Source: Hyphochytrium catenoides (Eukaryota > Protista > Hyphochytriomycota). From it: DNA of 64,000 nucleotides. The stretch lies in assembly GCA_900088475.1 (NCBI GenBank), contig FLMG01002850.1, forward strand, positions 1 through 64,000, in the 5' to 3' direction. The translations under genes and the position numbers were made by a program. Below the pieces are notes generated by a model, which was not told the DNA's origin, did no database searches, and worked only from the letters and a program-made list of their open reading frames with translations. Below are positions 11,277-26,100 of this stretch, piece by piece (position 1 is the first letter of the stretch; each line of letters opens with the position of its first letter).

Positions 11277-14102
11277 CGTTGGCGAATGAAGCGCGGGGGG
11301 AGAACTTGCTTGGGGTGGTTAGCCGCTAGAGTGGAGGTTATTACTCCTTTTTCAGAGTAGTCTAGCTCCCTTCAATTATTGGCGCTGTTGAGGCTGCACG
11401 GAATCTGCTCAATGAAAGTAAACGCAGAAGGGACTTCAACTCTGATGGAGGGCTAGCAAGCTTTCAAGAAGAGGTTGCTCGATGAACCTCTGGATTTGCA
11501 GGTGCACTTCGAAGGCCGGTATCTGGATAAGATGAGGGTAGTGATCGACTAGTGGTGATGGAACCCTGGCCTATCTTCTGCGTCTTCGCCTTCTTTAGCA
11601 AACAAAGTGTCACAGGTCAGACTTCTTCAGGAGCTGTACGTAAGACGATAGTCAGAGAGAACAGAGCAAAGTCCCTAGCGTGATCCCGTCATTCCTGCAG
11701 CGCGAGGACCATGAGGTAAAGCCTTGAGATGGTTCAACTGACTATTCGGCTTCGAGCAAATGTCCTGCGATTCCTTGGTGCCCTGTAGCCAAGTCCTCGC
11801 AGCCAGAATCTAGAGTTCAAGGTCATCACTGAGATCAGCGGGAATCAGGCTGTTCTCATCTCAATGAAGGTTGGAAGAGAGCACCTACTAACGGCCTCCA
11901 TGACACACAAGAATTGCTGATAGAACAACTCCAAGGCACTTCCCCTTTCCTAATCCGGATGTGCGCGTTGTCCTTGAAAGTGTAGTGTAATAAGCTCCTC
12001 TCTTTTAGAGGAACAGCCTACCCTCTGGTAGCTGAGACTTTAGCTGTAAGGGAAGTAGCAGTAATACTAATACTGCAGCTGTATTATTTGTATCGAGAGG
12101 GAGGAGGTTGCTGTTGTTTCGACTGCAAAGACCTCAAGATCCGATAGCTTTTCTTTGCATGTCCATACTGTTGTTGTTGGAGAGATCAGCCACAACTTGT
12201 TGCTGTCCTTCTTCTTCTTCTGCCTCATCATCATCACCTTACCCTTTCTGACTCTACAAGGACAACAGACTCCGCAGCAGCAGGCGATCAGTAAAAAATA
12301 TAGACCACCACCACGGAGCAGCCGGCCACCACCACCAGACCCTCATATTATATTGACAACAAAGAAACAGCGTCGTTGTCTGCTGTCTCTCCTTAATGAT
12401 GAATCGTCAACAACAGCCGTTGGTTTTATTGGTATGATGCTCCACGGGCGCTTCTTCTTTGTTATTCTTCATAAAGGTCAGAGGCACTTCATCCCGGTCG
12501 CGGATCGTCCATTATTATTAGGGCAAAACTCCAGGGTCTAAGGAGGGAAACCTCTCCAGGAGGAGGAGAAGAAGCTGCTTGTTCCTTGGCTGAACATGAG
12601 TCTGAGCCGACAACACCTAGAAAATTAATAGTGTTGATGAAGGGTTCTGCTCGCCGATTGTTGCTCCATTACTGCCGTCTACAGTTGAAAGAATTGTTGT
12701 CCACCATCCTTATTATCAAAGTAGTTGTCGTGGCTTTTATTACCACCAGCCCTTCTTCTTGTTGCACCACTCTTCCTTTTGTTTCAGCATCTTTTTGCTA
12801 ATCTTCTTGCGCCAGACTGTTACGGCGACCTTACTTGATGGGTTCGTGTCCCCTGACAATTATGCCTTTAGGTAGATGATAGCACTTAGGCAGCGGCAGG
12901 AGACGTGGTGGTACAATCACCACCTCCGCCGACGATAAAAATACACAAAGAGCACTCTTTCTTCTTCCAAAGGAGGATATATTTTTTTATCCATCATTCT
13001 ATAGCGAGGCCGCCACTGTTGCTGCTCCTGCTGCTGTGGTGCTTCCTACTACCGTGGTTTTAGCAGCTAGGAAGAACCCAATTTCAGCCATCGGCGACTG
13101 AAGCGACACGGACGGGAGATTATCTTCGGTTTAGCAAGCACAAGAAGACACTGATATCGATGATGCGGTTAAATAGCCGATGATGCCTAATTCGGCTGCA
13201 CTTGTCGTTCGCAACTATCTTTGTCCTGCGGACTTTTCTCTAATCACCACCGTCACACCCCGCGGTCATGATGAACACATCTCTACTATGAAGCCGCTGC
13301 GAGGACGACAGCTTTGATGCTACATCCTGGTAACAACGCAGCCAACTAGAAAAGTTCACAACTATTATGCAGGCAAATGGTGGGCAAAAAGCAGCAACAC
13401 TCGATGGCAAATTCTGCAGGGATAAAACGATAGTCGATAATCGGCATGATGCGAGCTTGTGCCAAATGCGCCAAATATGAGGAAGCAATAGCAGCAGCAG
13501 CAGCTGTATCAGCAACGATCTTGAGTCGCGACGACACAATCTTCATCGTCTGACGCCTATTATTCTTTCTTTCAGATTAATGAGGAGGACAATGCTTGCC
13601 CGCATGGCAAGCTGCCCCGCTGCTGCTGCTGCTGCTGCTGTTAGACGGAAGAAGTAGAAGAAGGTCTTCACATGCTCGTCACAGTAATAGCCTTGGGAAC
13701 AGGTGGAAACGCCCTGCAGTAAATGGGCGGGCAGGAGCAGTAAGAAAGTTGGGGAAGAAGCTGGAGAGATTCTCATCGCCGCTTGTAGAATGCTGCCAAC
13801 CCTAAGGTTAACCGCCTGTCCACACTGCCCTAATATCGCCCCTCGTCGGTTGTAGCTCATCACCCGATAATGCTCCGCCACAAGCATCAGGAGAGATTTC
13901 TGCAACAGTTCAGAGCTGCAATAGTATCACTCGTCTCATCATTAGCACTGCAGATAACCTACTTACTACCTGANNNNNNNNNNNNNNNNNNNNNNNNNNN
14001 NNNNNNNNNNNNCCACTCTCCCCGTCGGGCTCTCGAGCGAAAGAGGATGACGGAATTATTGAGCTGTAGGGCGTAAACTCCGAGGAGTATAGCCTAGTCA
14101 TC

Positions 14103-17100
14103 ATGATTGCCACCAAGGCAAAACCAAAGGGCTCAGCAAAGGCTAAAGCCAAGCCCAAGCCCAAATCCAAACCCAGAGAGAAAGAAAAACCAATTGCTGC
14201 TGAGGCCAAACAGCTAAACAAAGCGCCTGAGAGGACGAATGACAGTTTGAAGGCCTCTGTCAAAGACCAGAAAGATGAGGGTTCGCTAGCTCTTTCGGCA
14301 ACTTCTGAAGGGCTAGTGGACTACTTTGACGGCATGAGTCCAGGATCAGGGCCCGTAGAACAGACATCTGGAGACCTTTCGTTCAACGCCTCAGGTGTGC
14401 TAGCTCCCTCGCTTGCAGCAAGCGCGCCCCCTGCAATGAGCTTAGCGGCTTCATCTATGAACAAGAGGAATCCCTTGTCCCGGCCTGTACCGCTGTTGCC
14501 CTCATCACCGATTGCGGCCATGCTTCCACCAGACTCTCCTTTGACACCATCCACAACCCCCAATCTTACGTTCCAAGCACAAGCATCCACGTCAAAACGC
14601 CTTCAGCTGCTAGCTGACAGCTTTGAACTTACCCCAGCGATGGCAGAACGAGCTGAGACGTATGTATCCATTCCCTTAGACGAGGAAGGGCCAACCCCCA
14701 AATCACCCTTTGCATCTACCGACCAGCGTGAAATGCCCACACAAAGTGTTGCTGCTGCCCTACCTGAAGGCGTAAACTTGGCAGTAGATGTACCCACAAC
14801 AGCTGCTGCCACAGCGCTATCACTAGCACCATCTCAAGCCAAGAGTCCGTCCGCACCAGCTGCAGATGTATCTACACCGTCTCAAAGTCATTCACTCGGG
14901 GCGTCCACTGTGCACGGGGACATGGGGTTGGAGCAGGTCAGGATAGCGCCCTTAGCTCCCGCGACTTTGAACTCGGCAGCTATCCTTTATCCCACAGTGC
15001 CTGCGGCGGCTGTCAGGCTACCTCCTCCTGCAGCATTAAAGGTCGGTTGTTTCGGAAGCTCCTTAAGTTGACGCAGCTAACACCACCGCCGACACGTTCC
15101 ATAGCCTGCAAATCCCTATACTCCCCCTTCACACTTGTACTTCAGAACAGTCTGCTAGAATTCTGTTGCTTCTCCTACATCTCCGCTAATATTATTAGCG
15201 ACATTGAACCGAACGCATCCACCAAGGTTGCTGCCGCCGTACTAGAGCTGTTCTCGACTGCTCAAGTCTAACTCTCATTCAATTTCCTTTCCCTGGCCGC
15301 TTTCACATCTAGGCCCCCGAGGAGTCCCAAGAAGAAGAAGAGCAAGAAGTGCCCCAAGAACCTCTTCCAGCCTATGTCAACTTCGAGCTTATGGCGTTGC
15401 GAGAGGAAAGTGTCAAGTTTGCTCACAGCTGCCGCACTCTCTCCTCTGCTACCAGTGAATTCTATAGACGCCTGGAGCAATATTTATATGCTGAGTATGC
15501 CGTGAGGGTTACTGCCAGTGAAGTTCGTTCCAGAGGTAAACAAGTGGACAATGTATTTAACAATGGTAAGGCACAGCATGACTGTTCGTCCCTTCATATA
15601 AGCGCCTGCTCGGAGGTCAACTGGTTACCTCCGGCTGCATGTTGGGGGCATATAGCGCTGCAAAATTTGACTGCCAAAAGCTGAAGAGCTCGATGCTACA
15701 TGTTTGGGCTCTCTGCTTTAGGGATAGGGTCACAGGGATCAGTCGTTCTCTGCCTAGCTCCTCGAGATCCGCTCACCGTCTTGCCGTTCCTCTGCAGCAT
15801 GGCAAGTCACCACCGAACAGCTCAAGGAGACGAAAGATTGCTCGCAAGGTCATACGCTGGTTGCTGCAGTCGAAAAGAGGATCGCAACCTTCCAACCGGA
15901 AAGCATCCAGATCTTACGGGAGAAGCGGAAGCATTTGCGCCATGTCAGGACTGCACAGGCCGCAAAACATGCTGTGGACCGTCTTTTCTCGTTCCTCCGT
16001 GTTGAACAGTATCTTGATGAGGTACGTGGCTCTGCCTCAAGTCTACTTATAGCAGTTCGCTCTTTGGCTCTATGCGAATGCTCAACATAGATGCCAAGTT
16101 GGTGATGTGCTGCTTGGTCCTCATCCAGCTATATTTCTCCTTCCACTATCTGTATCAAATGTCCAAGCCACCATTTGACACTCAAAGTGCAATATAGTCA
16201 TGGCGGCGCTCTACTTACCTCTGTTGCCCCACTATCTAAGCCTTCTGATTGCAATGGTCATCACCACTATTCTCCACCTTGTGCATGCCTTGATATTGCT
16301 GGTTTCTATGGTACTGACCTCTCAGAGATGGCCCGTCGTTTACTCGTTGTGCGTGTTTTATATAACGCAGCTCCTCTATGGCGATACTGGCGCATATTCC
16401 TTGTCTAGCTTTCAGCAGAGCGACAGGGCAGAAATAGGGGAAGCACTGAGAGGCTCCTCCGGTGAGTCTTTCCATCACACAGCGGGGTTAGGGTATCCAG
16501 GGAAAGTGTGTTCTACATCAGCTAACATAAAAACCATTTGGACCTTAGGGGCAAATTTCTTCCAGGAACGAGATGAAAAGGAACAGATATTTATTGATGC
16601 TCTGCAGCACTGCATCGATGTTCTATTCTATTTCGAAAGGGAGATTGATGGAGACCATGCTAGTAGCTTGAGGTTCAAGAGCTCGGGAGGTACAAGATTT
16701 CTAACCCTATCCTAGCCCTTGGCGAGTTTTCGTTTTGTCAATCATACCGGCTTGTCTGTGCTTCTGGAGCCCATTAGGTTGTATGACACTTAAGCTTGCT
16801 CATTCACACCCTTGTAGCCCATTCCACCCCTATCTTTGCCCCGTCATCCCTAGATATAGCATGTGCTTGCACTTGACTCTTTTACATAGACTGAATCTCT
16901 CCATCATGTGACCTTTGTAGACCTGGCAGCCCCGCTCCCCAGCTCTAAGCCCAACACGGTTGTAGTCCATTGCCCATCATGTCGGCGAAGAGAGGAACTT
17001 CCAGCCAATGCGACGTCCGTCTCCTGTCAGCGTTGTTGTGCCTTTGTCACCGTGCAGAGTGCCGCTATCTCAACGTTGTACGTTTCAACTTCTTTTCCTT

Positions 17101-20100
17101 GCCAACTAAAGGGACGGAATGTGGTCCTCCACATACATATTTGCTCTTTCGCTGTCTAAGTGCTTTAGGCATGAGACTTTGTTTCTCGATTTTTTTAGAA
17201 CCTTTTGTCGTTCTTTCTTACCTGCACGTGGTTGCATACTTTTGATAAATCTCCCCGGAGCTAACTACGCGGCAGGACGCTCGAATGGGCTTCGACAGTT
17301 CAACAATTTCGCCGTGCTCTTCGGATATGGCTAGATAGATGCTGCGCTGCACTGCTGAAAGTATCAAACTTGAGAGACAGTGTGTTCCTGCTGCGCCACC
17401 TCACTTTGCTTCAGACAGTGGGCAGCAGGCGGAGATGGGCATTGAACTACTTACAGTTCCCGCAGTCCATCACAATGCCAGATGGAAGTACAAAAAGGTA
17501 TTACATGACACCGCAGGGATAGTCCAAAGCTTGAGTTGTCCAAGCTTGTCTTTGCATTGCTGATATTGAGATTTTCGTTTGTATAAGTACTCTTTTTCAT
17601 CCGCCATCACAGGTTTTGGAACGAAACTCTATTGGACCACTATATCGCAATGGTTAGCCTCCTTTTGCAACCCGTTCGCGCACCCGAACGCCCAGGCGAT
17701 CGAACAGTGCTAGCCACGATTTTTCAAGCACTTTATCAAGAGGAGGAGAACCCAGATTTGGTGAGTGAAAAGCACTCTTCAGTGTTAAACGTTGTATAGT
17801 CTATGCTTGGGACATTGACGAAATGAAAGAGACGTACAGAGAAATTGGCAGAGAGAAGACTAGGTTGAAATCAGGGGTCCTGAGAGGAGAATGACGTGGG
17901 CAAAAGGATAAGTATTAAGGCCATTTCTGACTGTGAGGTTTAGATCGCCGTTGGTAGACTGAAAGAGGAAACAAGTAAAGTCAGGTTTATGTAGTCAAAC
18001 GACATACTCACATAGGGTTGCAGGATCACAGTCAGGAGGAATGGATATTAGTTGAAAACCCTGAGCAGCCATCAGACTTTCTTCTTCTGGAAGAGGACTT
18101 CATTGCTCTTTTCGAACAATGTCCGCATGCTTTCGCGTTGGAGTCGCTTTTCCATGTCGAGTACGAGGCCGGAGATAACTCGGACCATAAGAGGTAAAGC
18201 TGCCTCCTAATAATCACTCTTGAAGGTTTACCTAATGTCTGATCTCAGCCTTGTGAAACATGCTATTGCTCTTTCCCTTAGAAAGTGTTAACCTATGCCT
18301 CTGGCTACCTTGAGGCTTTCGGTGCCGGCCTGTCTTTGAGCCTATGCTACATATTTTGACCGATGCCTCTTTCGCGATATTCATTGGATACAGAATGTAT
18401 GTCAGAGCGATGGGTCTACTCGAGATCCTGGGCCAGGGGCTAGTCACCTTTGCCCCATACCGCAAGTTTGCGAGTATTCTTTCCTCCACCGTTGCCGACC
18501 TTGTCCAAAAGGCGGCCGCACACCATCGAGCTAAACTTGGGCTAGAAAATGGCAGGGACTTGCGGAACGCGGATCGACAAGGAAAGCTTAAGAAGGTCTC
18601 AGCTTCGTCCGCCTTTGACCAATTGTGCTTCAAAGCAGCACAAATTCTCCTGAATGCACCGCTGCGAGAGAGCAGGCTGCGATTGCGGGATCTTCCCTTC
18701 TCCAATACCTCTAAGAGTCAAGCTATTGAGGTCTTCACGGCGCTATACTTCGGCGAAGAGGCCGAAAAGATGAGAAAAGCAATCGATACCTTGATAGGTA
18801 GAGGTAAGTTCGCAGCGAATAGAGGTGCGTAGGTGAGCGGGCATGCCTTGACCCGAAGTGCCATCATGGCCGTTTATGCCAAAAAAACTGCGTATCAACA
18901 AACCTAGAACGCTTCTTGGACAACTAATAGGAACTTTCACCCACACCTCTTTGTTTTACATCTCTCTTTCAATATTTGCTCAGGTTGGCGATATGCGGAT
19001 TGGGTAGGTCTTTGCGACCGGGACCAGACGATCAGGCAACAATTTCTGTCCGTATGCCAGAAGGACCCAGAGGGTAAGTGAATCAAAGTTACAGCAGCCA
19101 AAAGATAGAGGTAGAGAAGGAGAACGAGACTCGAATTTTGCAGAGGATTGTTGGTCACAACTGATCTCTGCTATTCCTACTGCCAGGGGCTAAGTACAAC
19201 CTCATGGCTCTTGGGAACCTCGCGGCCAGCCAAGAAGGCGATCTGCCGTCCATTATACTGCATGAAGTGTTTTTCCTCTCCTTCCTCGCGAACTCGTCGA
19301 ATGTTCACCTCCCTCTCACACCACCTCCCCTGGGGGCTAAAATCTTGGTCACTATCACCCAGGCCCATCCCTCAGAGATCTCAAAGGTAACTCTGACGAA
19401 AGAGCAGGGTTGACTCTCCACGTCACCTAGCGATATGTGCAAGGGCGAGAAAGAAGATGTAGATTGGAGTGTAGCGTGAGAGAAGGCCTGTGCGCGGGTA
19501 GTCATAGGTCGCTAGACGTTATGCGAGAACGAAGTAGGGCTATTGCAGAGCCGCGAGAGTCATCTATTACTTTGTCTCTTTCGCCTTGCAGGTGTTGAAG
19601 CTCACATCACTTCATCATGACAAGATCCCCCAGCTTTTGCAGATGTTCAAGGGATTCCCTCTCGACAACTGGCGCCCCACTGAAGATGACTTTACAATCA
19701 TTAGGGACTGGCTAATGCTTAGAAATCTTGGGGATGTTAGAGCGCAGTTAGCCAGGTAAGGCGTTCTTGGCCTCGTACCTGGCCTTGTCAATGTCCTCTA
19801 CTATGTAGAGGCAATTGTTTTCCGCTATGCTTCTTTCAAGCCATTGGTGGGGAGAGAGCCCGTTGTACTCTCAATGGTGCGTCAAACACCCTAATTTGTC
19901 TTTATGGCTGTAATCGTACGCCTTTCCCGCTCCTGGCAGGCATATATTAGAGGCACTGAACTGGGGCATGGCCAGGTAAATCGAGTGTAGCCCTGGATTT
20001 ACCAAACGAGTGTAGTGGAGAGATGTCGTTGTTCTTTGAAGAGACACTACGTACTCCTTTTACGATTTGTCCTAGTGTTCTTACCACGACTTCTCTCATC

Positions 20101-23100
20101 CTTTTCATCTGTTATCTAGAACTCTGTCTCTTGGGTAAGGGTCCTGATGTNNNNNNNNNNNNNNNNNNNNNNNNNNTGCGCTTGCGGAAGACCAGTCTAA
20201 AGTGTGGGGAGTAGTTAACTGGATTACGGGTCAGCTTGATTTGGAGGTAGGCATGCTGCTGTACCACACTTTGCACCGGATACTTGGTTGCCCACAAATT
20301 GCTCTGCTACAATAGGCGCTTGATGTCCTTCTATCAATCGAACTTCTCGCTTCCTAGAGTGACCCTTCTGTACTGAGGGTTAGGGTTAGGGTTAGGTCTC
20401 CATGCGGCGAAAGCAAGTACCGTTGTATCTCTTTATCGTGCTTTGGCTGTCAGAACCTCATTATGTAGAAATCCTAGCCCTAATACCCACTTTCTGACAC
20501 CTCATTCAGGAGTGGTGCTGGAAGCGCCTCTTGAGCTTAGCGTTAGTAGATGAAGTGGGGCAGCCTTTTCTTCCCCGCTTGGAGTTAAATGTGTCGATGA
20601 AAGAAGAGGCAATTACCCTCAGAAGGCTGTGGCAAGTCTCTTCCATAGCCCCTACGTCGGAACAAAATGGGACAGGGGAGATGGGAGGAGGTCTATACGG
20701 TGGAGGCACTGCTCCGACCCTTGTTATGGAGGAAGGCGCCGATGCCGCAGTGACATCAAAGGGAGAAAGCGATGAAGAAGAGGATTATGGCATTCTCTCG
20801 GAGGCGGAGAGGCTAGATTCCCAGCAGGTCCTTTATGAAGAGGATAGGAGACATCCTTTGACGGCTTTCCTAATCTGCCAGCTCACGACCTGGCTATACC
20901 CAAAGAGAGAAAGCAAGGCCATGGTAGGTTTTTCTCGTGCTCCCGTCATCGATATTGGGTCAATCCTAGCTTTGTATCTCCTTTTTTTGCAATGGACAAC
21001 CTTATATATATTCGTCCGCCTTCCCTTTCTCTGCTTGTGTAGGCTATCAACTGGGAGCCGCTGCTGATGTTGGTGCGGCATAAGCGGTTGGACGCTGTTC
21101 TGTCAGTCGTTTTCAGTTTTTCTTTCGCCTCGTCCATCGCCATAGCAGCTGCTCGTGCGGGTCGGGACCTTTCATTCATGGACTCTCATCTGAATACATT
21201 AGAGCAGGCCGTCAATGAAGGGCAAGTAAGCAATGCCGAAGACACGGTGGAGCTTCTCTCTTTTGTGGCGGAGCTGCAAAAGAGAGGCATCGTCACCGGG
21301 GAGGAGCAGAAGGCCTTGGCAGATCGCCTGTGCGGACAGAGCAATAGTGATAAGATCTTGGCGGAGATAGAGCTCTTCGCCCTCTCTACCTTTGACCAAC
21401 CTCTCCTGCATCCTGAGGTCGTGTCCTTTCTGCTCCAATTAGGCAGACCAGAAGACAGAGAAAGTCTATCGTTGAGGCGACTTTCGCATGCGCTCCCGCC
21501 CAAGGAAGTACTTTCCGCGTCCTTTGTCAGAGTGGCCGGCATTTCCACATCTCTCCTCTCTTCCCTTTGGGCAACACCTAAGGACGATAGAAAGAGTGAC
21601 AAGCATCTTACGGAACAAGAAGAAGAGCCCAGTTCTGTCAGCGTTCCCCCTACAGACCCGAAAGAAGCTAAAATGAAAGAGATGGAAGCAGAGCAAGAAG
21701 GCGGTATCTTTCAAAGCTTAGGTCTTATGGTCAGATCGCAAATTTCTATTGCACAACTGCTTAGAATGGACAGGCCTCTATCGCCCCCTTGTCTCCTCTT
21801 CTTCTGGCTTCAAGTTGTTCGGCGAACTTCACGTTGGTGGGAACGCAGAGCATGCCGTCTATTTCTCAACGATATAGCCGAGAGCATTTTGTTATCGGCT
21901 CCCCCACTCATCGAGGCACGAAACGATGTTGTGAGCGTATTGCTAGACTTTCTTACGAGTGAGTGTGGTCTATACGTTGGATCAAAGTAGAGAGAGCATG
22001 TCTCTATACTTCCTCTTCACACTCCAACTTGACTCTCCTCCCAGGGACGATCAACCCCTCACTTGTTTCCAATTGCTCCGACTGTGTGGAAGTTAACCAT
22101 TGGTGTTCTGTCTCACAAGTATCTTTTAGCTGTCATCCTCAACACCTCCACCATCAACCTTCCTTTTTACTAATCAATGTCGTGACAGACGAATATCGCA
22201 AGCTGCGCTATGTAAATCTACTACAACTACGAGTAGGGGAGGACGTGCCTTGGGTAAACTCTCTGCTTCCAGTATCTGGTCCTAAGTACTTTGCAGGAGT
22301 GGACTTGCATGAGGTAGGAGCCGCTTGATATATGGGGTAGTAGCATTATGAACCAGACTAGTAAAGCATGCCGGTTTTGAGAGTGCTAGGGAATAGACAG
22401 GGTAGACTGACTGAAGCCGGTATCAAAAGCAGTCACTGGGAACCAGCAACCCACAGAGGGATCCCCTGACTCCCTTTTTCACCGCGCAGGTATTGCCGGA
22501 CTGCCCCTCTTACTCTTACTTCGTCCTTCTTGTGGAGTCGCGCTGTGAGCTCCCTCTACTACTAGCGTTAGGATACTCCATAGCGAGCTATGACAAGACC
22601 AGTGAACGAGGAGCAGGCGATGCCCAGAATCCACTGGAGAGGATACTTGAGATTGGGCCACTGGTCAGTAAACTGTGCTCTGGCAAGGCGATATGTCCAT
22701 TCTCGTCTCATGTGTGGGTTTTATTTTTTTGAAGTTTAAGTCCATTTCGCTTCTCGCATCCACGTCACACTCTAAAGGCTTCTATCTATATGCAGAGTTT
22801 GGAGCTTCAGAAACGCGGAATAGAGACGTCACGCCCAGAGCTGCCTTCCCTTTACGGGCATATGTCCTTTGAATCTTTGGCGGAGTATAAAGTGTTCCGG
22901 ATAGCGGCTTATGCCTTGGCCACCCCACCTTACGATCCAGCCTGTCCCTTAATCTGGCAACTGCTCTTCACCCATTACTTTGCAAGAGTATGATGCCTCT
23001 TCCGTCGAATATCTTTTTAACGTTGCTAATTATCTTGGTCACACACTGCTTGGTGCTGTCAGCTTTTAACCCTACTTTTGGCTCTCTTTTTTGATGCTCT

Positions 23101-26100
23101 GATATACCTGTTGACTAAAGCAGCTGCTCTTCACTAAGAAATGCCATTCATTCCCTCGCCTTAGGTTGGCAGCAAATTCTTTGGGTATTATCTGGTGGCA
23201 CCTCAGACGGGAGCCCTAGCTTTAACAGACCTAAGAACCGACCTCAAGAGGCAGGTAATGTTGAGAAGGGGACGAACAGAAGAATGGATATATTTTCAGC
23301 TCTAGTCCAGCTTTGATACAGCATATACTTTTACTTTTCACAAGATGACCTTTCGTGCCATTAGATACACCATATATATCAATGTAGCTCTACTTCCTGT
23401 TGTGACGGCGGGTGATACGCTTATCCAGCTCCGATCTAACTTCTTCCTTAGCTTAGGGAAAAGCTTGTTCAGAGCAGGGAATTTTTTGATGAGAAGATCC
23501 GGATGATGTCAACTGAGGCAGCGCTTGCAAGTGCCAGCGGTGAGTCTATTAAAGACAATCGAAAACAACCCCCTGAAAGGGACTTCTTTGGGGCTGGCTT
23601 CTCTCTCCATTCATGGGCAGACCTGAAGGGATTGCTTGGTAGCCTTTCGAATAACCCACGTGTTATGTGCCCGTGTTGCAGGAGTTGCGACTGATCAACG
23701 CGAAACCCTAGAAGCCTCCCAAAAGCTATCTGAATTCTACACCGCCCTATCTTTGTGGATGGAGGAGAAGGACCTCAACAAATGGCTAGGTCCAGGCAGC
23801 GGTAGTGAAGACTATCTGGTGTGAAATTCTTGCTTTCTCTTCCAGCCTACAGCTTGCTTCTTGATCTCCGAAACAAGCAAATCTTCAAGGGAAGCTCACA
23901 ACTTTCTTCCTCTTGTCCTACTAGGTCTGGTGGTCCAGGCTAAACGAACTCCCTGACAGGTAACATCTCTTGAGCTCGTTGGTCGATTAATCAGCTCCAT
24001 CCCTCTTACCTTTGCCTTGACTAGCCCTCTTCCACTTGCTCAACTAAGTTAATAACTGGTACGCTAGTTGTCCTGTAGCGAACACTTACTCACCTTTGTT
24101 CATGGCTAAGTAGATACATACCTCCAAGATTAGCAGAACTCCTCCATTCGTCGCCCACTACAGGCATCCTCTCCACCCCTGAGAACCAAGTGGCATCATC
24201 CCTGTGGGTTTCCATGAGTCACACGACAGCATTGGCAGTGCAAAAAGGAACAATAAGGGCGATGGGAGGACAAGAGCGTGCTGTAAGCTGGCCGTGGAGT
24301 GTTCCAAGAGGTATGGAGTTTGCGCATAGTTTTGTAGCTGGACCTTGCATAAGTCTTGACTCTCTTTTCCGCGGCCTCCGAATGCCTCCCATACAATGAT
24401 AGGCATTATTGAAGGGTCTCGTCTCTCCTCCTTGCCATTAGTGCGCCTCAAGGAAACGGAAGGACTCTTTCAACATATTCTATCCCCACCACTTCTCACG
24501 GACCAACACCGATTAGTTCCACCAGTTAACATCAAGGCTGCCCTACTTTCCTTCACTGCCAGTCTCTTACACTCAGCAGGAAACAAAGGTGGCTAGTGGA
24601 TGGTTTTTTTCTGCTGCTGCATAATGCCTGCCTTACGTGTTGAGACCCGTGGTCCCTTTCTTCATTTCTAGTCATGCACTCTCTTAATAGATATGGTGTC
24701 GGTAGCTTAACGTTCTCCCCCAAAGGTGTCTTACATGTTCCTTCTGGTTGTGATGGCACATGTAGAGGTAAATCTGGACCAGCTGTCCAAGGACTCTGTG
24801 TCCTCCCTGTTCCCTTCCATATCGGCCTCAGTTCTTCAGCAAGCTGCTGTCTCATATAGTGAAAAACGGTCTTTGCACCTGCAAATGGATAGGGAAGCTA
24901 TTGCTTCGCTGCCTAAGGTCTATGCCGACTGCAATAGAACAAGAAAGATTCAGCAAAAGGTATATGACATCCTGTAGCTTCATAGAACTTGCTCTTGGCC
25001 TTCTCATCCTTGTCTCGCCTTGGGTCGCAAATACTCTACCTGTCAAGTGCTCTATCTAGAAGCGATCAAGAGTTGCCTCCTATTGTATCGACTTCTTATA
25101 TGTTCCGTTGGGTCTTGATCAGTTACCTTGCCTTTCTGCTTGTTGTGTGGGTCCTCCTAATCCTGTTCCACATCCAATTTACTCGTTTTGCATACTCTGC
25201 GTTTTCATATCTAACAATTTTTCCCATTTGCACACACTCCTGTTTCTACCGTTGTAAAATTGGTATGCTTCTTCAAAAATCTCTGGGGTAAGTGCCCTGA
25301 CGATGAAGTAGTAGAATTTGTCTTCAAGTACAACGAGAGCCAGTTCCAGACCAACATCTGGCAGCTAATTCTATCCACTGCGAAGCAGTGCACCGATCTC
25401 CTTCCCCAATCTGTGATGCCTTTGCTCTCGTTATCTCTATCCGCAGTCATAGAAGAAGATATGCGACAAGCTTCCGCTTCGTCTTGCTCGCTGTCTCCAG
25501 AGCAAGTTCTGAATATCACGGACAATGAGGCTGTTCTTGCCGTACAGTTACTCCTCACTTATACCATTACCCACCAACTTGTATCTCTCAAGGAAGAATG
25601 TCATTCCCTCTTACCGCCAGCTGCATCCAAACTGAGTGGCGAGAGTGCAGGGTCCCAATCGTTAGATATGCAGCTATACAGAGATACCTTGGACAAAGTC
25701 GTTCAAAAAGCTGGTAAGCTTTGTGCTTAATGCATGCCATCTGGACGCCAGACATGAACTTATCCTGTCGTTCCCTGCATAATGCCAGGTATGTATTGGT
25801 TCCAAGCGCTAATGCGCCTGGAGGACGTTACTAGCCGTTCTTGTCCACCGATACGTGTGATCCTCTGGGATCTTATCCGTCTCACGGGCATCGCCTTCAT
25901 GCAGCGGAGTGCAGGAGAGGCGTTCAAGCTTCTCTCGCTCCTTCTCACTGAGCCATCCATGGTCTACCTTCTGGGAGATGTCTTTAACCCCAGCATTGCT
26001 AAGACTAGCGAGGTCTTAGGTGGGCCCCTCATCGTGGTCTAATTGTAGCTCTTAAGCCTGTCTCCTTTTAAGAGTGCCTTGTCCGATCTCCCTTGTGTCT

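Noticed and set aside
11440-11920. Protein-looking + frame with an apparent intron, suggesting a pseudogene or stop-codon reassignment
   Set aside because: About 5 stops in about 135 codons is what random sequence gives, and the confident genes use the standard code with TAA, TAG and TGA stops.
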